A stretch of DNA of 64,000 nt from Azolla caroliniana (taxonomy: Eukaryota > Plantae > Polypodiophyta). The position numbers were made by a program, and so were the translations under genes. Location of the stretch: positions 21,204,001 through 21,268,000 of the forward strand of contig JBHGNT010000002.1 of NCBI GenBank assembly GCA_043228905.1, in the 5' to 3' direction. Shown here piece by piece: positions 10,996 to 24,300 of the stretch. The notes below the pieces were generated by a model. It worked only from the letters and a program-made list of their open reading frames with translations. It was not told the origin of the DNA and did no database searches. Position 1 is the first letter of the stretch; the number at the start of each line of letters is the position of its first letter.

Positions 10996-13959
10996 TATAA
11001 ATATTGTATTGCACATCAAGATTTGGATTCAGAATTTCTATAAATATTGGGGTTAGTCATTTTGGACATTCATTTGTAAGTTTGGCATGTCCATTATTTA
11101 GGCATTTTTTTGAACACCTAAATTTCTGTACATGTTAAAAATCAATATATTTTTGGGTCATTTTTAAAATTCCTTTACGCATGCGGCACCCCTTATTGTG
11201 AATCACCCTAATTTGTGTCATTTTTTGATGGACAGTTCTCAAAATGGGACATATTACCTGTTTCAAATGTCCTGGTGTTAAATGCTTCTGCAAACTCATT
11301 GATACTTAGACCAATCCTAGCATTGCGGATCGTAACTTTATTCACTGGTTGAAGATCTTGTATAAACCTTAAGGTTCCATTCTTCTTTGGTACCGTGAAC
11401 CAGTTATTCGAGTAAGGGGCATTTGATGGCTCCAGAATTCCCATCTCAACCTTCTCTTTCAAGAGCTTGATTAATTTTGGAATGTTCGCTCTTGGGACTG
11501 GTATTGGCTTCAAGTTCCACGACACATGTGGTATTGTGAATACCATAATCGGTTTTATCATCCTTGGATTGGTGCATCCTATTTCATTTGGATGGAATGC
11601 AAATGCTTTCCCATGTCTTTTGAGCATTTCCCAAAATGCGACTTCCTCTTCTAGCAACAAAAAATCATCTTTCTCGGCACGAAACTTTTCTCTTGTCTCT
11701 TTACTGAAGGCATGTCTGATTCCTCTCGGATCCCATAGGCTTGGATCTTGTGCAACTTCATTCATCCTTTGACAACTATCCTCAAATAGTGGAATAGCAA
11801 CATGCTTTACTTTCTTGTCCACTGTTTTGTATTTCGTATTAGCTTCGACATTCTCTGCCATGATACTTTGATTATACTCGTCAATGGCGACATACATCTC
11901 GATGGAGTTTATCTGAATTGATCGCTAGCTACGAGGGCCCAAGTTCACGAAATTCTCCATTCCTCCAATGGTGTTGTTAAATGAGGCTTCCTCCATAACC
12001 CATTCGATGCTTTCATCACTTTCCAATATTTGTTCTTCTCGTAAAGCTTCCTTGAAGCTTTGCATCGGAGACTTCTCTTCTTTGTCAAACGTGTTGATTT
12101 TGCACACTCCATTAGGGGCTACGTACAACCCTCCTTTTGCAAATTCGAACTTTTCTTTCTTCTTGGGGCATACACTTCTTTGGACTATTCACACTCCGCT
12201 TGCAACCTGAAGCATCTTCTCCGAGACTATCCCGATTCCTTTCATGATTGGCACGTATAGTCAAGAACTGTACGGCCTTCTTCCCATCAAGACTCCTTAT
12301 TCGAGAAAATGCCGCACCATTATCGAACACTTTGGTTTCCATACGGGATGATATTATGTAGAATTTCCCAAGAATGATAGGATGGGATGTTGAATCTTGA
12401 ACAAAAAAATGTTGATCTATCTCGACGTTGCCAATCATCATGGGGATATTAGGACATGCACCATAGAGGTCTTCGGTAGATTTCGTTGCCGCATGGATCT
12501 TCCACCCATGATTCGTATTTATGGGCCATCTTCCCTTTTTGTAGACCTCAGTCGATATAAGGTTGATCTTGTACCCATGGTCTATTAAAGCTACGACTGT
12601 ATCTTTTCTCTCTCCCAACTTTACTAACATCTCCGTCGTCGCTCGTGCCCAATGAGGCCGAGTATAATGGTTGTCCACCATATCATTATTGACTTCATCC
12701 CCTGCCATCGTTATGGATTTTTCTTTTGCTTCTTATGGCTTCTCTTCTTCCCCATCTGACTTTCGCCTTTTTCTCCTTCAAGGTCCACGATCATACCATG
12801 AAATTCCTTCTTCCTAATGCCAAACAATTCCCTCAAGGACAAGGTCACATGGCTATCAAGAACACGGTCCTTGAGAATTTTCTTCAAATTTGTCATTTGT
12901 GCTATGTCCGACCATAGGTTATAGGTAGGCATAGTTCTTGTCTTCCGAGCGAGGTCTTCGACGTCAACCCTCATGAGCCGAACCATTTCTTCGACTCGTT
13001 TGCTCGACTCCCCTTTCCGGCTTGAGTCTCCATCCTTCGTTCGTAAAGCTCGACTTGCCTCTGCATCTTCTTTCTTTTCTGTGCTCCTTGTTTCATGTCT
13101 TTTTGATGGGTTTTCTTGCTCTTCCATTCTTTTTCTCTTTTCATCCACGAGCACCTCGTGCTTGTGACACATCACTTTTGCAAGTATGGTGTTGTCATCT
13201 AATGGATCTGACCATCCAGTTATCTTTGCACACTTTGGTCCACAAGCTCTACATCGTCTGAAGTAACTTTGCCCTTTTTCTTACACTCTAGAACAGAAGA
13301 CCAAAACTTTCCCAACTCTTATTCCGGTCAATGCAGCATAGTGCATCGCATCCACATGAGTCGCGTCGGCATCTTACATAACTTTCTTCATTCCCCCTCT
13401 TCCGAAATTCACCCTCAAGGGTCTTCTGGTTTCATTCGAGCAGATCATGTTGCCATCCATGTATAGGATATTTTGTCGAATGGCCTCTCGAAGGGTCGAA
13501 CAGACCCTTCTCATGTGGTCCATGTTGTCGCACCACACACATCTAAAGGGTTCTTTTCCTTTCGGGCCTCGACGATTCATGTTCGCTAGTGTGACTGTCT
13601 CGAACTTCTTCTCTCCAATTCTTCAATGATGTCATCATCAAACTTCTTTTCATCTGAGTTGCTTTGTTTGGGCGACTCAATCACCTTTGGTTATCTCATT
13701 TCCCCCCCCCCCCCCCCTCAATCCTGCCAAGTCAGTGTCATGAACCCATTGACGACGCTTGTCAAGCCTGTTGCATGCTCACTTCACTGCAATCCAGTCT
13801 GCCACAAGCCCCTTCTCTTGGGTATCATCTTCGAGGAGAGTCTAGAATTCTCGTCTATCCTTCATATCCACAACTTTCAAGAAGTAAAAAGTCTTGTCCT
13901 CCTCAAGCAGCACTTCGTTCGTGGCGGGGAGATGATTAAACATCTGGTCAAACTCGTCG

Positions 13960-16018
13960 TATAACTTTGTTATCCATGGGACAAAAAGATAAATTAGTTA
14001 AATATAATACGACGGTAGGTAAGGTTAGTAGGTGAGGAAGGTAGAGTTTAGGAAAACGCCGAGCTTCGAGCCTCACAGTCAGTCGATGGTTCGGCTTTGT
14101 ATGAACAAAAAGTATATAAACCGAGGTCTGCATACCTCGGCAAGGGGGGCTACCTAGATCATTCTGAGCGAGGGTAATATCATAGGAGCAAGCTCTGTAC
14201 ATATTGTTTCCAGTTGAGGCGGAGTATTGTAATCGCTGTAAGCTTTATCATGAAATATAAGTTTCGTCTTTTCTAAACTTCTATCTGTGTATTCTCCCCG
14301 TACTCGTAAATCGGGCTACGTTCATACTTAACGGGTTGTAGCCCGTGTACGATCCATGTTCTCCATTTTTTCCCCCGTGTAGAAGAAGCTTCCACGTAAC
14401 ACGATCCCTTGACATCGATAGCTTGTGGGCTCATCGAAGGTGTTTTCCAAAGGAACGGATAACAACCCTCCAAAGGTGTTCTCCACCAAGGAAACAAAGG
14501 GAGAAGATTTTGGCGCTCTAATGGGTGAAATCGAACCTCACGAGGATCAAGCCTTACAAAAGATAGGACGGAAGAAGCAAGCATAGAATGCTTCGCTCCT
14601 CATGGAACTACCAGATCTGAACACGGCCTTACTTGAGGCATATCGCAATCTACACCACACTACTCAGGCAGCCAAGGACATGGCCTGACTTATCAAAACG
14701 GTCCATCAGCAAGCCAAACGGGCTACCGAGCTATGGCAAACTGCCGAGGAGAAACTTGCGACATTCAAGCAGCTACAACCGCCCTTAAGCCTCCTTGCGC
14801 AGAGTGACGTTGTCTCACCAGCCACTCTTCCAAACCTGAGCCCGAGTGCTGAAGGTACCGCACACCCCAGGGTAGCCACGGTCGAGGCCAGCACAATGAA
14901 GGACTCGGTACAGACAAGTGAACCATTGTCACGAGCAGATATGAGCCTGCACCCCCAAACCAGCCAAGCCTCTACGCAAACGCCACCACCCTCCGTTGTC
15001 ATGGAACGATCTACACAGATACACAGGGAGCCCTCGCCCCAAATCCAGCAAGCGGAAACCTAGACAGGGCCTTCTCTCCAGGACTACCAGGAGGAGCTTC
15101 AAGCCCAGATCGCTCTGGCCGAGTTGGCAGAAAAGAACCACAATAACATTCTTGGCCAGCTAAGGGAACAAGCCACAAGCCGCGAAGTGAACCTCAAGCG
15201 ACTGCTTGCTGAAAGGTCGGGCGCGCTTGAAACATGAGAATGAGAGGTGATGAGCCTTCAGGTCTCTATCATTGAGGCCAAAGAATGTTTCCTCAAAGAA
15301 GCCGAGTGGAATAGCCAACGGGAACAAGAGCTCTTGGAGAACAACCAAGAATTACGACGTCATCAAAGAGCCTTACAAGACATGGCCAACGAACATATGC
15401 AAAAATGGAGGATTTCAGAAGAGCAAAGGGAAAAAATTTCCGATGCCTATCACCAGTTGCAAACCGAGCACCTCGCCGCTAAAGAACAACATCGGGATGC
15501 TTGGCGACAGGACATGGACGAAATTGTAGCTCAGATCACCACACGCTATGAGCAGACAATCACGCTCATCACCGAGAAAGCAAAGGATAATCAAACTACT
15601 TTAGCTACTTTAGCACTCCTCATCTGCAAAAGCTAAGCAAAAGCCAGCATGGAAGGCAATGGAAGTTCACCACGGTAGCATCAACATGGATGATACTAAA
15701 ATCAAGATCCTAATCAACAAGTATCGCCAACAATTCACCATGAAGATCAAAGAAATGCTTGACCATGTCTGGCAGGGGTGGTCAACCCAAGCCGCGGACC
15801 TACACATACTACGCGCGGATGCCGAGAACCGATGGAAGGAGGGCCGAGGTTTTTACAAGATGGATGACACCAGCATCCAGACCCTCCGCGAGGACTTAAC
15901 GGAGGAATATCATGCCTTAGCAGCTTCCCACACCGCGGCCATGGAGCAACTCTTAGAGGAATTCAACGACGATCTAATGGTGTTTCGCTTAGAAGCCGAA
16001 GCGTACAAGGAGGAATGA
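13960..16018 (+). mobile_element. LTR-like region plus degraded coiled-coil ORF of unknown family
   Basis: TATATAAA near 14113 and a TGACA end near 14414. Broken ORFs (15247-15636, 15659-16018) are E/Q/L-rich and homologous to 5200-5480 (-). Confidence 0.5.
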
Positions 16019-16029
16019 CTCGATACAGT

Positions 16030-17904
16030 GATTAACAGAGCTCCCACAACCATCAGAACCAAACATGGGAGTTGGTAGAACTACTAGCCGGAAGGAAACC
16101 GCTACCCTGCAAATGGTTTTTTAGATAAAAATATGTATTTGATTCAGAGAAGCCCAAATACAAAGTTCCGCTCCTCGCAAAGGGATTCAAACAAGAACAC
16201 GGTGTCGTGTGGTTTTCCACACACAATATGAAAACTAGTAAAATAAGTATTTAAGATTAGCTTAATGGCTTGATATGGAAAGATAGATGTCTTGAAAAGC
16301 TTCATAACGCATTTTACTACACATGAAACGGATAAGTAAGTATTAAGTTATGTGAATATAGAGTTTGAGAAGATAAGGAAAATAGAATTGTGAAATATCC
16401 CACATAGATCTATCTATATAAGCAGATTGAGAACCATTAGTTTCCATCTATGTGTTGAGAGCACAAAAGGAATAGTTGGACTTGGACCAATTTGTCTACA
16501 TGGACAAATGTGGCTAAAGAAACGGCGACTGAATAGAGCCGACAATCGGATAGAACCGGCAACAAAGCCGAGAATTGAAAACTATATGGAGCCGGCAACT
16601 GGATAGAACCGACAACAAAGCTGGGAACCGGAAACTAGATAGAACCGACAACTAGATAGAACCGGCAACAAAGTCGGGAACTGGAAACCGAAAACCGAAA
16701 ACCGGATAGAGCCGGCAATCGGAAACTGGCAATCGGACGTAGTCGGCAATCATCAATCGGACGACGACGGAACGGAAACCGGATGCGGACCGGACAGATC
16801 GGATGGGCGACGGTCGAGATGGACGAATGATAGGATCATGCGGCGAATTAAAGTAAAGTAAACTAAAGGCGAAGCAACTAAATAAAAAGAGGCCATGCAA
16901 CTAAAAAAAAAGGCCAAGCAACTAAAAATGGAGGCCATGCAACTAAAAGCGGATGCATGCAAAGGATCATGGGAGGCTATGATCAACGGAGAACTCCATG
17001 TATATTCCATTCTTTTCCTCCACTTTATCCTCTCTCCATTTTTTTTTCTTTTCTTTCTCAGCTTCCTTATCTTATCAAAGCCATAACACTCAAAAACCCT
17101 AATTTTCCCTACGGAAGCGATATCTCTCATATAACCTAATTCTAATTTTCCCTACGGAAGCCATAACACTCAAAAACCCTAATTTTCCCTACGGAAGCCA
17201 TATCTCTCAAAACCCCTAATTTTTCTTTTCTATTAATCTCAGTAAACCTAAAACTTCGGAATCCCAATCTTGGGACATATTGTAATTTCTTTTACTTTGT
17301 TAATGAAAATTATTAAATTTCATATTTCCGTTCATTGTTAAAAATATAAACGCACGAATGTGATATCCTTTATCGAAGGCCCCAAGGTCCTGCCTCAAGT
17401 TCACGTATCCTCGTCGTATTTTCGCAACAACGGGGTTGACTATGATGAGATATTCTCTCCAATAGTCAAGATGACCACCCTTCGGTTCCTACTCGGGGTC
17501 ATGGTGGCAAAGAATGTAGAGCAAGAGCAGATGGACGTAAAGACTACATTTGTACACAGAGATTTGGAAGAAGATATTTACATGTCTCAACCGACAGGCT
17601 TCATTGGACAGTGGGAGATTTAACCCCAAATCATTTGTATACATACGAAAGAGTAGTCCTTTTATGGGGGAGTTTGTTGGCATAAAAGGTCGACTCCTTC
17701 CACTTTGAATCTATAAGTGTGAACACGTCCGATAGTTAGGGCTTGACTACATAAGCTCTAACCTAACTTTGTATAAGTGAGTGTCTTGAGTCTTGGAGTG
17801 AAAGAGTTAGAGAGAGAAATAAGAACTTCCATTCATGCTTGAAGTATGTCTATAATCATCTTCTTATTCCTATATATGTGGCATTTGTTGTGCATATATC
17901 AACA
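16030..17904 (+). mobile_element. Ty1/copia remnant (RT fragment, PPT, short LTR) split by a solo LTR
   Basis: NQTWELVEL...LPCKW...LLAKGFKQEHG | VDYDEIFSPIVKMTT...QMDVKTTF. PPT ATGGGGGAG near 17663, then TGTTGG...ATCAACA. Confidence 0.8.
16203..17429 (+). mobile_element. Gypsy solo LTR with 4-bp TSD ACGG
   Basis: TGTCGTG...CGCAACA; ACGG at 16199-16202 and 17430-17433; removal restores copia codons E-H-G-V-D. Homologous to LTR 2788-4336; contains GAACCGGCAAC-type internal repeats. Confidence 0.92.
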
Positions 17905-18360
17905 GGTTCTCACACATATTCTTCCGCGCATTCTTTCATTCATCATCCATCAATTCAGACACAGATGATTTTGGCTCAGCGAATTTGGCTATAGTTTTTC
18001 AAGCCAACCAATTTCGACTTATATCTTTTAGCCCAGCCGACTCGACTTTAATTCTTTGGCCCAAGCTGATTCGGCAACTTAAGACAAAACTTAAGTGAAA
18101 CCATGCCTTAATGGTTTAAACGGCTTGGTTCAGTTCAGTTCGATTTTAATGGTTTGAAATTGCGGTTAAAATGGTTTAACGGTTTGTAAAAAAAAATTAT
18201 TTCAAAAATATTACTTGTTTTAAACAACCATTTAATTTTAAGCCTAATTCTCACATTTTAGGAAAAATATTTAAAATTTTGAAAAATTAAAATTAGAAAT
18301 AATGAAATCATTTTTAAATTTTAAATTGTAAAATTTGAATTGTGACCTACGTTGAAACGA

Positions 18361-19149
18361 TGTCGTGAAAATCCACCACTACGTGCGGATCGTGAGGCGG
18401 AACCACCAGGGTTATGGATTGGAAGGAATTAGGGCTCATACGCATAACACAAGGAAGATTTACACATAACACATGTAGATGAAAGAAAAAATTAGTTTAT
18501 GTCAAAATAATAGATTCTTTTAGTATAAGAATCATATTACAACGGTTTGGATGTGAATATAAAGGATTGTTTATAAAGGAATGGGGGAAGACAAGTGGAG
18601 AAAAGAAGAGACTGGAATATAGAAGGAGTTCCTTTGTTGATGACACCTCTTGATGTTGTTGACCCTTCTCCTTCTGCTCTCCAATTTAGTAGAGCTTCCA
18701 CATCCCTTCTCCCTTCCCCCTTCTTCTTAAATGGAGCTCTTATTATAGGTTTAGGATTTCTTGCTTCCCTTCTTTTGTTTTCCCTCAAAGTTTGTCTATA
18801 TGAATTGAGTTTCTTTTTATCACTATTTCTGTTTCGTAACATCAAATCTGACATGCAAGATATTCTTAGAAAGCTCTTTATGTTAGCTTTCTTATGCATA
18901 TTTCCTTTTCTGATTTGGAAATTGGACGAGGAAATTAATAGCTTTTTACTCGACCTTGCTCCTCATATCGACGCCTAGCTTTTCTTTTCCCATCTTTTTC
19001 TCTACTTTTCTCTACTTTTGAAAACAACGTCTAACTTTTTATCCTTTCATTTATTACTATAGTTGATTTAACAACATTAGTTTATTTGGACTACTATTTT
19101 ATTCTCTTTTGAGGGTGGTTTCACACTATGTGTCGAAAACATCATGACA
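18361..19149 (-). mobile_element. Gypsy solo LTR (related family)
   Basis: TGTCGTGA...TCATGACA termini; flanks ACGA and ACGG. The minus-strand start resembles the LTR start at 6526. Sits in an AT-rich element with GGTTCGGTTC-like motifs (about 18100-19295). Confidence 0.75.
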
Positions 19150-19306
19150 ACGGTTTAATGGTTTAACGGTTTGGACTTTGCCCTAATGGTTTTAGTTGAA
19201 CGGTTTTGTGGTTCGGTTCAGTTTGGTTGAGGTCTCGAAATTTTTAAATGGTTTGGTTTGGATAGTCTTGAGCTTAATTGAACTAAACCGAACCTTTGTT
19301 GATTTT

Positions 19307-19642
19307 TATTGAATATAGGGATATAATGGCCATATTCACATTACCCCATTGGAAAAATTAGGATAGGTTATTTATGTAAATAACATAAAGGGTAATTGCC
19401 CTAGTCTAGTTTGTATATAACCAGTTTGTAAGATGATGTTGCCATTGGTTTGTAACTAACTATTGAATTATATAGAGTATTGTTTGTGTGCCTCTCTCTC
19501 TCTCTCCCTTTACTTGTTCAGCTTGATCTTGAAGTTTGTCTATGTCTAATCTTGTTCAATCTACTTTGATCCCTCATCGTGTTAGTTTATTGACACATTT
19601 TGTTGGAGTTGTATCTACATCTTGACGACCTTATTCCCAACA
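19307..19642 (+). mobile_element. Isolated copia-type LTR related to 43305-43610
   Basis: Start aligns with TGTCGAACACGAGTGTATAATGGC; ends GACGACCTTATTCCCAACA. No TSD found. Confidence 0.7.
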
Positions 19643-19900
19643 AAAATGAAAGTTATTTTCTAATGCCATGATGCGCTCTTAGGAGCAGCCTAGAATACAT
19701 CTGACACTTGTTCGCATGGCACCAATGTCAATTCAACAAAGTTGAGTGACTTAAAGATGTGGGACTTTTATGTCCCTTGGACATTCCCAACAATAAATGC
19801 AAAACTATATATCCTTGGATTTTATTGTTAGCCTTCCTCGCACCCAAAAAGGCCATGATGCCAGTTGGGTATTTGTTGATAGACAAACTAAAATGACCAG

Positions 19901-21305
19901 AACCCCGGGTCATTTGAAATAGGTAATGTCACATTCTAAGAATTTTCCGTCATAAAAAGGCACAAAATAGGTCATTTCAGAAAAAGGGATGCCGCATGCG
20001 TAAAGGTTTTTCAAAATTGAATCAAAATATATTGATTTTTAGCATGTCCGAAAGTTTAGGACTTTCCTCAAATGCCTAAATAATCGACACGCAAAACTTA
20101 CAAAAGAATGTACAAAATTTACAAAAGGACTACCACCTATATTTATACATATTCGTGAATCGACAATTTGTTGTAAAATACATTTTTTATAGTTCATGTA
20201 TCTGAACAATCACTTCCCAAAGCTATGTCATCCCCTTTAGACCCATCCAATGAACTAGAAGAGCTTTGTGAGGTCTCATCCTCATCATCACTAGCAACCA
20301 ACGCATTGTCTTCATCCAATTGCAATCCAACGTCACCGTGATTATGAGACATGCTCCTCGTTCTTCTTTGTGTCATTGTGGGATCTACATTTGGTATCTT
20401 CACGTTTATTATCTTGGTTGTGGTTTATCTTAGATGGTGTGTTTTGGTCAAGGAGAAGTCATACACTAGTATGTCTACATTATCCAATGTGAGAGTAGAC
20501 GTGCTTGGTACATTCTTTCTTCTCCGGTTTCTGTGTGTGCGTTCGACATCCTTAACCATCTCTAAAGAGTACTTCCCAGTAAATGCATCTGGGGAAGAGG
20601 TATGATACCAATGAACCACAATGGACATAACTTGATTGCCTTGTTCATCCTTAATCATTTCAAGAATTCTAGCAATCCAAAAGGGAGGCCCCAACTCATC
20701 ACCCCTAGCTAATATTGCAACCAACATACCAACTTGTAGCTCATGCAAACTGCCTTTCCATCTCGCCATTCAACATTCAACACCACCATTCAACATCCTG
20801 ATCACCAACGTACTTCCTGGTGCACTCAATATTTTTTTATTTCTCTTCCAGGCATCGCATCCAATATATCTTTTTCTCTTCAATCAAACTACCAAGAGTC
20901 AATCTTTTATAGTTATCATACGACATTTGTTCTGCACCATGGATTACCGCATAAGGAAAACGCAATAGGAGCCTACATCCCTCTTGTGGCTCTCATTGTG
21001 AACTAGATGAGTATTGTTTGGCATACAACAATATTTGTTTGTGGCTCATAGAACTTCTTTTTATGAGGAAGATGTGGTTAAAATTGATATTATTAAGCGG
21101 TACAAGAACCCTACATAGAGCCCCATCACCATCCACGCAAAAGTGTTTAAAATCATAAACTTCATCCAAATGTTGTACTTCTTGCTTTGCGGTATAAGGT
21201 TCAAGGATCAACTTTGACAGCGTAGGAAGCATGAAAGCATCACATCTCGCTAATTTCTTTGAGAACCTACTAAACGTTTGATCTTTATGATCATGTGTAT
21301 GATCT
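19901..21305 (-). mobile_element. Truncated Sola1-like transposon (subfamily 2): one TIR plus the 3' part of the transposase
   Basis: AACCCCGGGTCATTTGAAATAGGTAAT at 19901 matches the 7412/11279 TIR. Minus-strand HTHDHKDQTFSRFSKKL...EVYDFK...FWIARILE...VHWY is homologous to 50713-51998. Confidence 0.88.
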
Positions 21306-21317
21306 TTTTGAAAAACT

Positions 21318-24300
21318 AGAGAGGAAGAGAGAAGAGGAGAGAGAGAGAGATGATGATAACAGATTATATATTATAAGAAGAGTAAGTACAAAAGGGTTAT
21401 GAGGCTAAAGACTGGCATTGGACCAATTTGGTTCAACATAATGCCTAGTGCCCTCTTTTATAGTGTTCTCAGGAGTAATCCTGAAGCTTCTAGAATGTTC
21501 CAGAAAAATCTGGAATATACATTAATTTTTTATAATAAAATGTAAATGAAAATAATATTCTACGTAGTACAATAAATGATATAATGGTCAAGAGCTCGAC
21601 CCATATAACTTAAGGTCATGGGCTCGAGTCTTGCCATATCATGACATTATCCTCCCTTTAAAACGACGAGTGTCACCAGTCGTTTTGGATGGAGGACCCG
21701 GTTTGTGTGGATATTGACGATGGAAGTCTTCAAGAAGCGCACGAGCATTGGTCACATTCTCGATTGGTTCCCAAGTACGTTCGTTGGGACTATAGCCTAG
21801 CTAATCGACTAGATAGTAGAGCTTGCTACGAACAATCTTGGAATCAAGGATGACGGCAACCTCGTACTCTGCTCCATCTTCAAGCTCGATCGGGGGTGGA
21901 GGTTGTATAATACGTCCTGGGATGGTGCTCTCGTGATAGCGTTCGAGGAGAGAACTATGAAACACTGGATGTATCCAAAGTTGAGGAGGTAGATCGAGGC
22001 GAAAAGCGACATCATTAATCTTTTCGATAATACGGAAAGGACTTAATCGCTGATAATCCAACTTCTCACATGGGCGAGTAGTCTTGATGGGTCGTCGTAG
22101 CAGCCACACCTGATCTCCAATGTTAAAACTAGATGGAAGTCGATGACGATCCGCATAGACCTTGTGTGTTTGTTGAGCTTGCTGGAGATGAGTAGATAAA
22201 TCCACTTGTATCTTGCGTAACTGCTCCAGTCGATCCTCCGCGCAAGGATTTGTGGACACCTCTAGGGTTTCAAGTACACTCCACCGAGGGTGACATCCCG
22301 TATAAGCATAAAATGGCGTAACTTTAGTGGAGAATATCTACCCAGTTATCTTGATGATAGCTGAGAAAGCACCGCAGATACTGCTCCAACGTTTGATTTG
22401 TTCATTCGGCTTGGCCGTCGGTTTGTGGGTGGTAGCTAGAGGAGAGGTTATAAGTGATCTTGAGCATTTTAAAAAGGTGCTTCCAGAATTTTGACACGAA
22501 CTGGGGTCCACGGTCGCTGACGATACTATCGGGAAGTCCATGATGCCGACATACTTCACGCATGACAATTTCGGCGGTGTCTTCCCTGGAGATTTCCTTA
22601 GTACATGGCAAAAAATGAGCCATCTTCGTATATCGATCTACCACTGTTAGAATTGCATTGAACCCTTTAGAGACTGGAAGATCTGTGATGAAGTCTAGAG
22701 CAATGGATTGCCACAGCTTGCTTGGAATTGGTAATGGTTCTAATAAACCATATGGATGATGCCTTGGCATTTTCACTCTGTAGCATGTATCACAAGTCCG
22801 AACAAAATCTTCGACAAATTGTCACATACGGGGCCACCAGAATGATCGTTGTACTAAATGTAATGTTTTAGTACTACCAAAATGCCCAGTTGTATATGTG
22901 TCATGACAGTTTTGTACTACTCGAAGGCGGCAAGAACCATTAGGACCATACAAAAATTCTTTAAAGAAGAGTAATCCATCATGGTATTTGAATTGCCGAT
23001 AGTCCGTACCTGGTGGTTGCGATTGTGAACACGGCGCTCGAGAGGGATCAATTTGTGCTATTATAGCTTGGGTACAAGCATCTGTCTTCAGGTTTGCATG
23101 TATGACATTAATAACGTGGGAATCCATGGGCATGCCAAAAACCTGTGTTGCTTGCAGTCGTGCCGGTCCCAAGATTACTTGCTTTTGGTTATCAAAAGTT
23201 GGCTCGCCAAGACGCGGTGTTAGATACGAATGTCGTGATAATGCATTTGCCTTCCCTTGGTGCTTCCCCAGACGATATGTAATTTTGAAGTCGAAACGCG
23301 TGAGGAGGTGGGCCCACCGAGCTTGACGTCGATTTAACACACGAGCATCCTGAAAGTAGGCAAGGTTTTTATGGTCACTGAATACGGTGACTTGATGAGA
23401 GGATCCCTCTAAAAAATGCCTCCATTGCATAAACGAGTCCATTATTGCCAATAGCTCCTTATCATGAATTTCGTAGTTGATTTCGGCGGCGTCAAACTTG
23501 CGTGAGTGAAAATCCACAGGATGTAGCTTCTCATCATTACCCCGTTGTGACAAAATGCTCCCCAATGCGAAATCCGATGCGTCAGCTTCGATAATGAATG
23601 GTTTTTCTGGATCGACATGAGCTAGAATTGGAGCCAATGTAAATGCTTTTTTAAGACTCTCGAAAGCCATATCTGCTTCTTCAGACCAAAAGAACGATTG
23701 TCCCTTCCTGGTAAGTGTGTGAGAGGCAGAACAAGCTTTGAGTAATCTTGTATAAACTTCCGGTAAAAATTGGCAAAGCCTAAAAAGCATTGCACATCCC
23801 ACACCGAGCGCGGAGTCTGCCATTCTACCACCGTCTTGACCTTAGTTGGGTCCATGGAGATGCCTTCTGATGAAATGGCGTAGCCGAGAAATTCCACGTG
23901 GTTGCACCCGAAACTACATTTTTCTAGCTTTGCGTAAAGACCATGTTCTCGAAGTCGTTTTAGTACTAACAGTACATGAGAATCGTGCTCTTCTTTGGTC
24001 TTTGAGTAAACTAGTAGGTCATCCAAGAGATCTCGGAATATATCATTTGCCATGTGCTGGAAGACTGTTGGCGCATTAGTGAGGCCTAACGTCATGACTG
24101 TATACTCGAAGTGCCCATATCTAGTGCGGAACGCGGTTTTCCATTCATCTCCTGATCGGATCCGTACGAGGCTATAGGCCCCCTGTAAGTCGATTTTTGT
24201 GAAGAACCTGGCACCATTGCTCCATTCTAAAAGACTTGAGTTAAGGGGAAGTGCATACCTATTGCGGATTGCAACTTTATTCAACCCACAGTAATCTACC

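Larger units (their letters stand above)
7412..11279. mobile_element. Non-autonomous Sola1-like DNA transposon (subfamily 2) with TIRs and 4-bp TSD
   Basis: Left end AACATCGGGTCATTTGAAACAGGTAATATGTCGCATT; right end reverse-complemented AACACCAGGACATTTGAAACAGGTAATATGTCCCATT. AAAT flanks both sides (7408-7411, 11280-11283). Removing the element restores the host RT frame EFAEAF-VGRFIYSI. Confidence 0.92.
6595..13950 (-). pseudogene. Ty3/gypsy gag-pol, copy B, degraded and interrupted by the DNA transposon at 7412-11279
   Basis: Gag zinc knuckle CVWCDNMDHMRRVC, HWARATTE, protease LIDHG, RT N-terminus (PKKNGTLRFIQDLQPVN), and integrase C-terminus at 6595-7380. Most of RT and RNase H is deleted. 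Confidence 0.9.
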
